Shown: positions 43,564 through 54,317 of the stretch, in pieces
Layout: each line of letters starts with the position of its first letter
Position numbering within the stretch: the stretch's first letter is position 1
Source of the DNA: a virus
Taxonomy: Duplodnaviria; Caudoviricetes
Virus record (IMG/VR): IMGVR_UViG_2907233695_000001
Location: 1 to 64,000 of that record
Length of the DNA: 64,000 nt
Strand: one strand, 5' to 3'
Translations under genes and position numbers: made by a program
The notes under the pieces: generated by a model
What the model saw: the letters and a program-made list of their open reading frames with translations, nothing else
Databases searched by the model: none
Told to the model about the DNA's origin: nothing

Positions 43564-44567
43564 TCAATAAGCATTCCTTTGCAATCTCATCGAATTACGT
43601 GTTGCTTCCAATACCTGTATAACAACATCTAATGATTTAATGTCATCGAATTTCATAACCACATGTGTATCAAAACTGTCTAATGTTTGTCCTTTTGACT
43701 CCTCCCACTCTGATCCAATTTCTCTTGGTTGCGACAGTATAAAAGCAACACCTTCTGTACGCCCATTATCATCTTGGATGTCTCCGACAAATATATCTCC
43801 ATAACCAAAATGCAAACACTTTATATTGTCCCTAGTGACGATTGGCATCTTTGCCCTCCTTATAAAAACCAAATTTCCTTAGCTTTTAATTTATTTCGCA
43901 GAGTCCTCAAACAGCTTAATTTCCTCTAGTATTTCTTCAAAAGCTACCCTTGCCAGATCGATTGGGTCATCCATTCTCCAACTCCTTTGAGTGATAGTTG
44001 CAATGTAATTTAATTTCCGTTTTGTCAGTTCAACTAACTCCCAAGCCTTCTTCTCACTATCAATTAGACTGTAAATTTCCTTTTTGTCTAATCTCACATA
44101 TCCATCATAATCAGCGTATTGCAAAGCAAGGTCTTTTTCGTTATCGTTCATTGTGCTATCCCCTCCTAAAATTTCCCCTTGAAAACGTCATTTTATTGGA
44201 AATATGCTTTAGAAAAACCCTTATATATCAAGGGTTTTTCAACTGGTACTTAACCTTAATCCTGCCCCAATCCCAATCAGATGAGAAATCAACATATTTA
44301 ATCTTCTCAGAGTTCTCTCTGATCCATTTATGCATTAAATCAATTGCTTCGTTGTGTGTTTTCCCTTCAAATGTTTTAAATAGCATTATGTATTTTGATC
44401 ATAACTCCTCAGTCCTTGTAAATTGATTGGAAGATAATATTCTGGGTTAGTATCCTGCTTTTTAATTTCCTTCTGATGCTGCCATTTTGATTTATTATTG
44501 AAATACGGTTTATATTTACTTTTTTCACTTTTAAATATTGTGGTCAACTTATCAACCTCCAAAAAGT

Positions 44568-45137
44568 TTAATTCTTATCAACCATTCGCTGACCTAAGAG
44601 GCCATAACCTGTAATATCGAGATAACAATTCTCATCCATCAAATCTGTTTCAGGATTATTAAAAATCCTGTTCTGTTTATCTATTACTCTGACCATCAAC
44701 AATAAATGTTTCAACAATGCATCAGAAATTGTATAAGTTCCATCTTCATTACGCCATTTCTCCAAGAAAATCTGCATCAATCTATAACTCTTTTCAACAC
44801 TATCACCATAAGCCAATTGTTTCTTATCAACCAGTTGACCAATGTTAAGTCCCATTTGCTCAAAGTATCCTGCTTGAACTGGCTCTTCCGATGGATAATT
44901 AAGTGGGATATCGCTTTCATATGCTTGAATAATTTCTTCTTCTGACACAGGGAAATCTTTGCCGTTCTCAAAAACAATAGTAAGATATAGTTGACTGCCA
45001 CTTGGAATCTGCTCGACTACGGCTACTCGATTGGTATAATACTTGATGTCATCAGCATGTTCTGGTTCATGTTGCTTAAAAAAAATATCCAGCCCTCGCT
45101 TATTAAACTTGACCTTATCACCAATTTTAAATTTCAT
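44568..45137 (-). CDS. SH3/KOW-like N-terminus plus an all-alpha nucleotide-modification-associated (dNTP pyrophosphatase-like) domain
   Basis: FKIGDKVKF; KKQLAYGDS...RVIDKQNRI...DENCYLDITGYGLL. Confidence 0.55.
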   Translation of the reverse strand: MKFKIGDKVKFNKRGLDIFFKQHEPEHADDIKYYTNRVAVVEQIPSGSQLYLTIVFENGKDFPVSEEEIIQAYESDIPLNYPSEEPVQAGYFEQMGLNIGQLVDKKQLAYGDSVEKSYRLMQIFLEKWRNEDGTYTISDALLKHLLLMVRVIDKQNRIFNNPETDLMDENCYLDITGYGLLGQRMVDKN

Positions 45138-45418
45138 TGCTTCTCTCTCGCCTTTCTGAGTCTGTCTGCTGCTGCTTGACGTTGTTCGTCACTCATTGGT
45201 TTGCGCTTGCTCACTGACCGGAATGAAACTTGACTAAAAGGAATATCCTTGTACCAATGCATTCCATCGTCAGTGACTTTATAAGGCTCAAGATTAGACT
45301 TCTTCAACTTTGTAATGACTGTTGGCTGACAACTTGTAATAGTCCAAGTTTTGCTTTCATCATCACACTGTAAAACAGTTTCACGTTCTGCTGGTGTATA
45401 ACTCATCCATTTTCTCCT

Positions 45419-46078
45419 TTAGTCATTACTAACTTTTACTTTCACGTGTTTCAATAAATCTTCGTTCTGCCATCCAGAACGTAATCGACTTCTAATCACA
45501 CCTGACGCAATTCCGCTTTCTTGAGACCATTCGCCAACTGTTTTTGTAACATTATTGATTTTCACATAAATTGTATTATTTTTATTATTCGCTTGAACTA
45601 TCTTTGTCGCCCATCTGCAATTACTCGGTTCATAGTTTCCGTCAGATTCAATTCGATCAATAGTTAGATTTTCGCTATACCCATTTTCCATAGACCATTT
45701 AAAGAAATTAGGGAAGCCATTATTTTCGTCGCTCCAATCGTCACAAACAGTAATCCCTTTTTCTCCATACCACTTAAACTCTCGGCAGTTCTCATTAAAG
45801 CAACGACGATTCATATCGTTCCATATCGTATAAATCCTTTTACTCTGCAACCTGATATCATATTTACGATTTACATTGGAGGCTAACTCTTTCTGAAAAC
45901 AACCGCAACTTGTAGAATCTCCTGTTTTTAGGACTGAACTACTGAGGGGTTTTTGAGTTTTGCTATCACAACTGCATTCGCATAACCACATCGCTCTACC
46001 TACTTTATTGTTCTCTACCCTTTTTAGTACAGTCCATCTTCCAAATTTACGTCCCGTTAAATCGTCAACAGTTGCCAC
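45419..46078 (-). CDS. Homing-endonuclease-like HNH protein
   Basis: DLTGRKFGRWTV...WLCECSC...SCGC...YGEKGITVC..W...TIDRI..DGNYEPSNCRWAT...QANN. Confidence 0.8.
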   Translation of the reverse strand: MATVDDLTGRKFGRWTVLKRVENNKVGRAMWLCECSCDSKTQKPLSSSVLKTGDSTSCGCFQKELASNVNRKYDIRLQSKRIYTIWNDMNRRCFNENCREFKWYGEKGITVCDDWSDENNGFPNFFKWSMENGYSENLTIDRIESDGNYEPSNCRWATKIVQANNKNNTIYVKINNVTKTVGEWSQESGIASGVIRSRLRSGWQNEDLLKHVKVKVSND

Positions 46079-46762
46079 CTATCCACCCCTTTCAAATTCA
46101 GACTTGTACTCTTTTACTGTTTTCAAATATTCATTATTACGTTTGTTTATTATGTATTTTTTACTTCCTTCAATCCCATGATGGAAACTTAAGATTGTCA
46201 TATCAAACACTTGTTCTTCTGACATCCATTTGCTTCTCCAATAGTCCCTAAGGTAAGATAACAACCAAATTGTCATATCAATATTCGTTTTAGGGTCAAG
46301 TAGGTTGTATTTCTTGAGTCCCATTTCAGAAGCAATCCATCCAACCGTGTTAGGTTGATGCAGTTGGAATAGACCATAATCGTCAGTGCTGCTTATAGAT
46401 TTATAGTCAAACTTGGATTCTGTATTCGCAAGTGCTAACAGCATCTCGTATGAGAAATTAGATTTATTTGAACACTCCCAAAGGTATTGCTGAACTTCTT
46501 CTGGAAGAGGAACATCTAATTGTGGACGTTTAGGCTTAACTTGTTCAACCGGAATTGGAACTATTGGATTAACTTCTTCTGCAACTTTAATTGCTGTTGC
46601 TAGATGATGAATGTTATTTTTAAAATTATCTTCAGCCATTTGCGACTGGTAAACGGGTTTTAAGGTGTCTGTTTTCGCTTCTCCTGCGCTTAAACTCCCT
46701 GCTGTGAGTAAGACACTGCTCACCAAAGCAAGTGCGAGAGAGTGCTTTGTAATCGGCTTCAT
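46079..46762 (-). CDS. Secreted lytic transglycosylase (SLT domain)
   Basis: Signal peptide; LALANTESKF, YGLFQL, LLDPKTNI. Confidence 0.8.
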   Translation of the reverse strand: MKPITKHSLALALVSSVLLTAGSLSAGEAKTDTLKPVYQSQMAEDNFKNNIHHLATAIKVAEEVNPIVPIPVEQVKPKRPQLDVPLPEEVQQYLWECSNKSNFSYEMLLALANTESKFDYKSISSTDDYGLFQLHQPNTVGWIASEMGLKKYNLLDPKTNIDMTIWLLSYLRDYWRSKWMSEEQVFDMTILSFHHGIEGSKKYIINKRNNEYLKTVKEYKSEFERGG

Positions 46763-47108
46763 TTGTCATCTCCTGTTGTGTATATTGGTGAAAATGCTCT
46801 CTAGAACTTTCTGTTTGGATTATTCTAGAGAGCGTGGATCGAACGTTGTTATATGTATTATTCAGTTTTATTCTGCAAGCGTGAAATCAACGTAATACTC
46901 TTTGCCCTCTTCAAATTGTTCTTGCGCTTTCTCGTTATCAACGCTCATCTGAATTTGACCAAATGGCGTATATTTCCAAAATTGCTCATTCTCTTCTGAT
47001 CCAGAAATTACAGCCTCTAAGCGTACACTATTTCCTTCTTTAAAAGCGCACTTGAATTTTGCTCTCACCATGTTTCTTCACCTCACTTTTTCATTTAAAA
47101 TAATTCTT

Positions 47109-48080
47109 TTATAGGGATTTCGTGTACTCATACATTGCTTGCAGAGTTTTTTCATCCTTAACATCTTTATACTTAGCAGTCTTAAACTTATCCGTCAATC
47201 CTTTAGCGAGTTCTTTCTTCTGATCCTGAGACAGAGTTGCAATAATGGTATCGATTTTAGAAATCAATTCATCAACTTTATTGCCTTCAGGATTACTCAA
47301 ACTTTCTGCTTCTGCATTTAGAGTCTCATCGAAGTTTTTAATTTCTTCTTTGGTAATCTTTCTGCCAGTTTGAGCCTTTGCAATAGCTGCTTTCCAATGA
47401 TTGTAATTTGGCATTTCTACGATATCGCCAATGTTAAATGTTTTAGTACGATCCTTTTCAACTTTTCCAAAAGACTTTCCATCTTTAGTATAAGTTTGAA
47501 CAACAACATCGAAATCAAATTTACTACCCTTTGGAAGATTCGGCTTCACTCCAACTTTAACACTAATTTGATTACCTTGAGCGTCTGTACGGCTCTCAGT
47601 TTCATCACTGGCTTCAGCAACATAGGATAGATTTTTACCCATCTTCACATATGTTAGAAGCTTTGCAAAGAATCTGTCATAGTGCAGACCCATTACACCG
47701 TATTCCTTAAACGAAAGCCCTTCGCCTTCAAGAAGACGATTAGATTTTCTAGCACGTTGTTCAACCACTTTTAGAGCAGCATGTTTCATGTTCTCATGAT
47801 AGCGAGTAGCACTATCAATATTGATCGTTTCTACTTGATTGAACAGTTCTTCATCACTTTCAAAATCGTCTAGATCATCATTCATTTCTTTAAAGACAAG
47901 AGTATTGGACTCCATCAAAATGTTGTCATTATACTCTTCGTAAAACTTAGTCCCACCATCACTATCAAACAATAGTTGATTAGGGAAGGAAAGACCAGTT
48001 GGAGTCTTCCCTGTCGCAGATTCACCGTACCAAAGAAATGTTACACCTTCACGTTTTTTCTCGCGTTTTTGCAATGCCAT
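47109..48080 (-). CDS. AAA_24/Sak4-like P-loop ATPase (SPbeta YorG-like)
   Basis: WYGESATGKT, TINIDS, FDFDVV, EKDRT. Confidence 0.75.
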   Translation of the reverse strand: MALQKREKKREGVTFLWYGESATGKTPTGLSFPNQLLFDSDGGTKFYEEYNDNILMESNTLVFKEMNDDLDDFESDEELFNQVETINIDSATRYHENMKHAALKVVEQRARKSNRLLEGEGLSFKEYGVMGLHYDRFFAKLLTYVKMGKNLSYVAEASDETESRTDAQGNQISVKVGVKPNLPKGSKFDFDVVVQTYTKDGKSFGKVEKDRTKTFNIGDIVEMPNYNHWKAAIAKAQTGRKITKEEIKNFDETLNAEAESLSNPEGNKVDELISKIDTIIATLSQDQKKELAKGLTDKFKTAKYKDVKDEKTLQAMYEYTKSL

Positions 48081-48145
48081 TTAAAATAATCCTCCTAATA
48101 TTTTATATTTTACTTAATTAGACTCACTATTTTTACTTATTTGGT

Positions 48146-49129
48146 TCAGAAGGGAAGGTCGCTGTCCTCGATGTCTAGAGCGTTCGATTGTTCAAATGGA
48201 TTATCTACAATGAAGTCATCTTCTTTGTACACTTTTGCCGTATGACTCATTACATTGGTAATCTGCAATTCATTAATCTTGTTTCGAATTGCTTTTTTGC
48301 CTTGTCCTGTTGGAGTCTCGCCACCCCAATTCAATTCTGGCTCTTCCTCTACTTCCGCTAACTCAACTCCACTGCGAATGACACCTTGGACTTTCAACAA
48401 ATCGCCAAATTTTGTTTTCTTATATACATTGTTTGCAAGTGTCTCATACTTGTTAGCATCAACAACGAAAGTGATATCTTTCCATGTTTTATCCCAACCA
48501 ATGATACGAGCACCGACATAAAGCTTTCTTGCTTCTTTGTCTAACTGGTGTTCTGTTACTACAAATTCTTGCTCAAAAGATGCTACTTCTTTGAAGTTAT
48601 CAGCGTCAAAGTCCATCTCGTCTTTCAAACCAATTCTTGCAATTGTGTATTTTACATTTGTTTTTGTTTCACCGTTTGATTCATATGTATTAATGTTAAA
48701 TTCTCCATCGATCCAAACAGGAGTATCGTTATGTAGATTATCCTTGATTGCTTTAACGCCATCATAGTTAAAGTAATTTTTCATTTTCAGTCTGCCATTC
48801 TCTTGTTCAAATCCTGTTCCCACTGTGCCAAATCCGAAACAAGTAAATCCATCTGGCATCTGATCACGTTCATCAAAATCAATCTCCATCTGCTGCTTGT
48901 TGCCATTTTTATTGGAGAAGATTTTAACTTTCTTATTAGGCACTTGACCAAATAGGTCGATGTTATAAATAGTGTTCGTTGGAGAAGTTTTTACTGATGT
49001 GCTGATGCTACGATATGGTTGACCTTCGCCATTCTTTGTTCTACCTTCGCGGTAAGCACCTTCAGCTTCCAGACCTTGAATCTTACCTTCAATTCGAATC
49101 TTACCAACTGTTTGTTTCAACTCTGCCAT
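48146..49129 (-). CDS. Single-stranded DNA-binding-like protein (tandem OB folds)
   Basis: Acidic C-terminal tail DIEDSDLPF; adjacent to the Sak4-like ATPase. Confidence 0.7.
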   Translation of the reverse strand: MAELKQTVGKIRIEGKIQGLEAEGAYREGRTKNGEGQPYRSISTSVKTSPTNTIYNIDLFGQVPNKKVKIFSNKNGNKQQMEIDFDERDQMPDGFTCFGFGTVGTGFEQENGRLKMKNYFNYDGVKAIKDNLHNDTPVWIDGEFNINTYESNGETKTNVKYTIARIGLKDEMDFDADNFKEVASFEQEFVVTEHQLDKEARKLYVGARIIGWDKTWKDITFVVDANKYETLANNVYKKTKFGDLLKVQGVIRSGVELAEVEEEPELNWGGETPTGQGKKAIRNKINELQITNVMSHTAKVYKEDDFIVDNPFEQSNALDIEDSDLPF

Positions 49130-49421
49130 TATGTATTCAATCTCCCTTATTTATATTATAGTTTATTATTATTTTATGTTTGTTTTAAGGGAGTCTTTCT
49201 GGTGGCGATCGACTAGCTGCTATGCTTTATCACCTACTTTCAATCAACCATTCCTTTCTGTTTAAGATGATTTCTCATCTATGTTATCAGGCTTTTGGCC
49301 TGTTGTTTTATTGGCGTTCCTCATTGCTTCCTTATAATACACCCATATCCAAAGCTTGGCAATATTTTTTATACATTATTTTTCGTTTTTTATTTAATTA
49401 TTCTCCGAGGAATTTACACCA

Positions 49422-52400
49422 TGAAACATGAAATTCATTTGGTTATGATCTTAACGATATCTCCGCAATGCAACTTTACCAATCAATTGAAGATTGCTGC
49501 TTTTACATGGTAATTTAAAACCATACCAATCATCAGCACCTATGTATGATCCTCTAGGACAGACATAAACTAAATAATAATTACTTCTAAAAAGCCAATA
49601 TCTCCACGTGTCGATTGTAATCAGATAATTATCTATATAAAACTGATGCGTTTCTCCTGCTGGAGTGTTGAACAATAAATATCAACTCCCAAGGAAATCT
49701 CAATTTCTTTGGTTTTAATCTATATGTATGTAGCAATCGCCATTTAGCCATTTATTTATCTTCAGAAGTCTCTCGTATGTAAAAAAAGGATTATGTTCAT
49801 TGTACCACTCATCTAAATCAAATTCCCACTTTTGACTATTGCAATTCTTACATGATGGAATACAATTACTCAGATCGTTCGCACCATTATCATCAACATG
49901 TTCTTTATGTAGATCAGTCCATTTGAACTCGCCAGCATATTTTATAAAGTGTTCACTTATATGCAAACCACAATATGCACACGAATCATCAAAGTACAAC
50001 TTGCATTTAGTCCATTCTTCTTTGCTAATTATATGTTTCTTTGCTTTTCTCCTTTCACGGCTCTTTTTATGTGCCAGTTTACCTCTTTCTGATTGCTGCC
50101 ATTCTTTATGTCTTCCATCCTTCAATCTACGTTTAGAACTTAATCGAGTAGATACTACTTGATTTTCAGGTCTATTCGCGTTATGTTTTTCTTTTAACTT
50201 TTTGTACTGTTCTGGATTCTCCTTTTGCCAAAGTTTCGATTTTTTAATAGTACATTCCTTGCAATAAGCATTATATCCATCCATTTTGTTTTGTTTATTT
50301 TTATAATAATATTCGCTGTTACAAGGAAACCATTGTAAACATGTATTACAAAGTTTATATTCCACACCTTCTACTAGTTTATGACACTCCTCATATTTCA
50401 GCGGCTTTTTCTTTTCACTTATAATCCATCACACCTTTCCCGATAAATCTTCGAATTTATCCCCAAATAAAGTATCCAATTCCGATTCCAACACCCAAGC
50501 AAAGCAGCGGTAAAACAATACAATAAAACAGGATAGCGTTTGCCATATCGTTCAAAAGACTATTCAACGTTTTCCTCCTTACACCTGAGCAACTTTTGCG
50601 TCTTTTTCAAAAAACTTTGGATCATAATTTTCCAAAACTTCCTTAACTGCCTCTTCGTAATTCCACTTATTAATAATCAAAGTTCTTTCTTTATTTGTAA
50701 AGACAAACATTTCTTAAATCACCTCTTCACTATGTATATACTTAGGCAGTTCCTCTAACTCTTCACATCTTAAACACTCGATATAAGGCTCAAAATGAAT
50801 ATCAACATTGACTCTCCCTTTGCCATGTCCACATTTCAAACATTTAAAAGTTATTTTAATCATTCTTCAATTATCTCTACTGTAATTCGTACCTTCATTG
50901 TCTTTACGCTTTGCAGTAGGTCACACAGTGTATCTGCTGGATAAATCCCTCGTTCTGCATCTTCCTTTGTATCAAAGATGCCCAAATCATCGTAATTTCC
51001 ACCAAGCCAACCCTCGATAATCAATATATCACCTCACGAAAGATTCATTTTATCGAACCTGAGTAATTGTGACATCAAACGACACATCGAACTCACCATT
51101 ATCATAATAGCCATTAAAAATTTCAATTAAGTGGCATTTTGAGCACTTTGCGTACCCCAACGAATCAATGTATCCATTCGATATATGATCATCAGAGCAG
51201 GAAGTTCGGCTATGATTAAGTAAACTTAAAATAATATCTCTATATTGTTCCAGACCATCAATTTTTTCTTTAACAATTTTTCTTTTCTTCTTCATTTCTT
51301 GTTCTTTTATTGCGTTCTTTCTTGATTCCAACTCATTTTGCAGCTTCTCGATTTCTTCAATCGACATCGAATTAATGTCCTTTTCCATCCTTACCTCCCG
51401 TTGAAAGATGACTCTGTTTTCGCTCTACATTTTAAGCAAAAGGTGTAACCATCAAAATTCAATTTTTCTGCATCGTGCTTTGCAAATCTCATCAAAATAA
51501 ACGCTATACCACCATCTATTAATCCTTTTGGAGTTTAATTTGAAATGATGCTGAATATACTGTTCTTTTCTTATATTGTTGAACACGAAATCTCTTACAG
51601 TGATTTTCAATCCAACTTCAATAGGAATTACTCGATATGCGTTATCCATTCACACCATCCACCATCCTGTTGAAAGACTCGATTTATCTTAAATTTCTTA
51701 ACTTCTCCAGAGTTTCAATCATAATCATTTTTGCCTCTTTATATTTCAATGGACTAAAATCTCTCGATGATTCGTCGCTATAGTTCCACAAAGCTCTGCA
51801 CATTATTGTAGCCAAATCCCAATCATCATCCATATTTATATATGAAGCAGGAGGCTCTAACTCCTTAAATTTATTTAACTCTTCGTCAGACGGAAGTTCT
51901 CCATAATATTCGATTTCAAACCACATGCTAATCACTCCTGTTAAAAGAATTGTTTTAACGTAAAATTTCAAAATACTTACCATCAATAACTGGTTCAAAC
52001 TCTCTACCGTTATCATCTATAATACAGAATTCTCCGTCTTCATTCATATGCATTTCATAGACTCTACCTGCGGTTGTCATTCGATAACCTAGAATATTAA
52101 GATTTCTAATACAAATGACTTTCATACCCCTATTACCACCTTATGAAAGTATTATTTCAAGCGAAAACAAATTGACTTGTTACAGGATTATAGTTCCTAA
52201 AGTAGCCAGATTTGCATCAAGTCCAGTCATTTTTCTGTCTTGCTCATGACAAACTTTCTTTAATTCCTCAATTAATCTCTGCGCTGTTAAGGCACGATCC
52301 TTTAAATGTTGCTGCATCAGTTCTTTCATTCCGACATCTCCTCACGAAATATTTGTTTTATCTGTAGTATCGGCAGATTCTTTGAAAATTACATCGAAAT

Positions 52401-53867
52401 CCTTGCTTGATAGTTTCTTCAATAATTTGATGTGTTCTTTTGTCCAACCGTTTACTTCAAGCAATTCTGCTTCAAGAAGATGGTCAACCGCTTCCTTAAC
52501 CAAATCCTCAACCTTGACATCCATCTATATATCACCCTCTACTTATCTTCGAATTTCTTAATAATCTCTTCTGCTTCTTCTTCAGTACCGACCTTTTCAA
52601 CGAACATAGCCCAATTTTCTTCAATAAATTCTTTAATCATTACCTTTTCGTAAAACTCCAACTCATTCATATCTGAATCTCTCCCTTAATAAAATTATCT
52701 TTTCATTACCTAATCTTCGATTCTTGACCAAGAACAATTAATCTTCTCATGTAACCATTTATCATAATGGTCTTCGATCAAAGACTCTGCCTCTTGTTCA
52801 CTCAAACCGTCAAAATCTTCATCATCAATCTCATATATATCTTCTCGTTTACTTCCTGCATATCCAGTGCTAACACTAAAAATTTAGCCATATCTCAATC
52901 CCAACCCCTCTGTTATTTGAATGAACTTAACCTTTCATCACTCTTTACATTCATCGCAAACTTCACGGTGGTGTCCACAATCCAAACAAGGTTTTCCAAC
53001 ATTCCCACAGTGAAAATGGTAACTAGTAACTGTCCCATCGTTCTCCATGCGATTTAGAGAAGCATGTTCAAAAGGGATTTCATAATTACATTTCCCACAT
53101 CTGTTTTCCATTTTAATTACACACCCCTTCGAAATATCTATTTTATTCGCTTATAATAGTCTTGATTCGTCTCAACTGATCCAACGTCAAATCAATCTTT
53201 CCTAAAGTATCAAATACTTTTCTTATCTCCCATTGCAATTTGCTAACTTCCTCTTCGTCTAGAATTTCCTGCTTAGAAAAGTACAACTGCCAATCTGCAA
53301 TATACCCTCCCATTTTCTGCTGCTTGTCTTCGATTCTAAACTTAAGTGGCCTTAAACCATCGCCCACCTCAAAATACTTCCTGCCAACCTTAGATATGAT
53401 ATCCTCTCTAATATATACTTCTTTTCGACCTCTGGCATTATTCCCAACGGCCTTCAGATATACTTTGTCTCCAACTTGCACCTTTATCACTTCCTCATGA
53501 AATTTCGGTTTCATCATCCACAACCTTATCACCAGAAACAGATGATGAAACCGAACAACAACTTTAGATTTCTTCTAGTGCTCCAGCACCCTGTAATTCG
53601 TTTACTCTAATTGGAATAGCATTGCCCTTTAGCCCAACCCCATCATCACAGATCATCTCTAAATTCACTTGCTGTCTTGTGCCTAGCAATAGGCTAGTCA
53701 ATTCATTTTGTGCGCCATCAATGCCCACAGTCCAAAATTTCATTCCATTACCACTAGTAGTTACGGTTATAAATCCAACTTCGAAGGATAATTCTCTTCC
53801 ATCAACTTTGATCGACGATAATTTCTTTTGCATTCTGTTGGCCTCCTAGAATAAAGTAACCATTTCG
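49422..53867 (-). other. Early accessory gene array with junction motifs
   Basis: Motif copies at 49422, 49693, 51037, 51402, 51671, 51942, 52144, 52345, 52690, 53130, 53498, 53852; promoter-like TTGACT-18-TATATT near 53902-53931 heads the array. Confidence 0.75.
49715..50365 (-). CDS. HNH endonuclease
   Basis: CAYCG...LHKEHV...NDLSNCIPSCKNCNSQK; N-terminal Zn ribbons. Confidence 0.85.
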   Translation of the reverse strand: MEYKLCNTCLQWFPCNSEYYYKNKQNKMDGYNAYCKECTIKKSKLWQKENPEQYKKLKEKHNANRPENQVVSTRLSSKRRLKDGRHKEWQQSERGKLAHKKSRERRKAKKHIISKEEWTKCKLYFDDSCAYCGLHISEHFIKYAGEFKWTDLHKEHVDDNGANDLSNCIPSCKNCNSQKWEFDLDEWYNEHNPFFTYERLLKINKWLNGDCYIHID

Positions 53868-53983
53868 TGCCGTTATGTATCCAATTACTTCCTGTATTTA
53901 GAATATAACATACATAAAAAATATAAGTCAATATATTTTAACGTTTATTTATACATTATTTATTTTGTCAAAATATAAAGAAA

Positions 53984-54001
53984 AGCTGAGTTTCCTCAGC
54001 T
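53984..54001 (-). terminator. Probable terminator closing the agr-like/LytTR unit
   Basis: AGCTGAG-tttc-CTCAGCT followed by a T-rich tract on the minus strand. Confidence 0.5.
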
Positions 54002-54024
54002 CACCTCAATACTACCTACTTTTC

Positions 54025-54297
54025 CTAACTGTTATCGCCAAGTTTCGATTGTATGTAGCGCCTTGTAGTGGCCTCTAATCCCTCTGGATTGAAGTCACCA
54101 TCGTAATGGTCGATCCAGAAGATTAGATCGCTGTCAGAACAAACAGAAGAGTCAATGATTTTATATAGACCAGACTCTTTGGATAAGCCACAAACAAACT
54201 CCAGCCAAATCATAAAAAACTGTCTACCTCTATCCCAATTTTCAAGATAAAAATCATAATCAAAGTTTTGTTTATCTAATCTGGCTGCATGTGGCAT
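54025..54297 (-). CDS. Hypothetical protein, last gene of the LytTR unit
   Basis: 90-aa ORF with AAGGGGA RBS. Confidence 0.6.
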   Translation of the reverse strand: MPHAARLDKQNFDYDFYLENWDRGRQFFMIWLEFVCGLSKESGLYKIIDSSVCSDSDLIFWIDHYDGDFNPEGLEATTRRYIQSKLGDNS

Positions 54298-54317
54298 AAA
54301 TTTTTCCCCTTTAGTTA

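Larger units (their letters stand above)
37489..44560 (-). other. Dense array of small accessory genes with junction motifs
   Basis: More than 20 short ORFs; motif copies at 37431, 38250, 38684, 38949, 39171, 39369, 40086, 41016, 41268, 41719, 42013, 42317, 43863, 44180. Confidence 0.75.
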
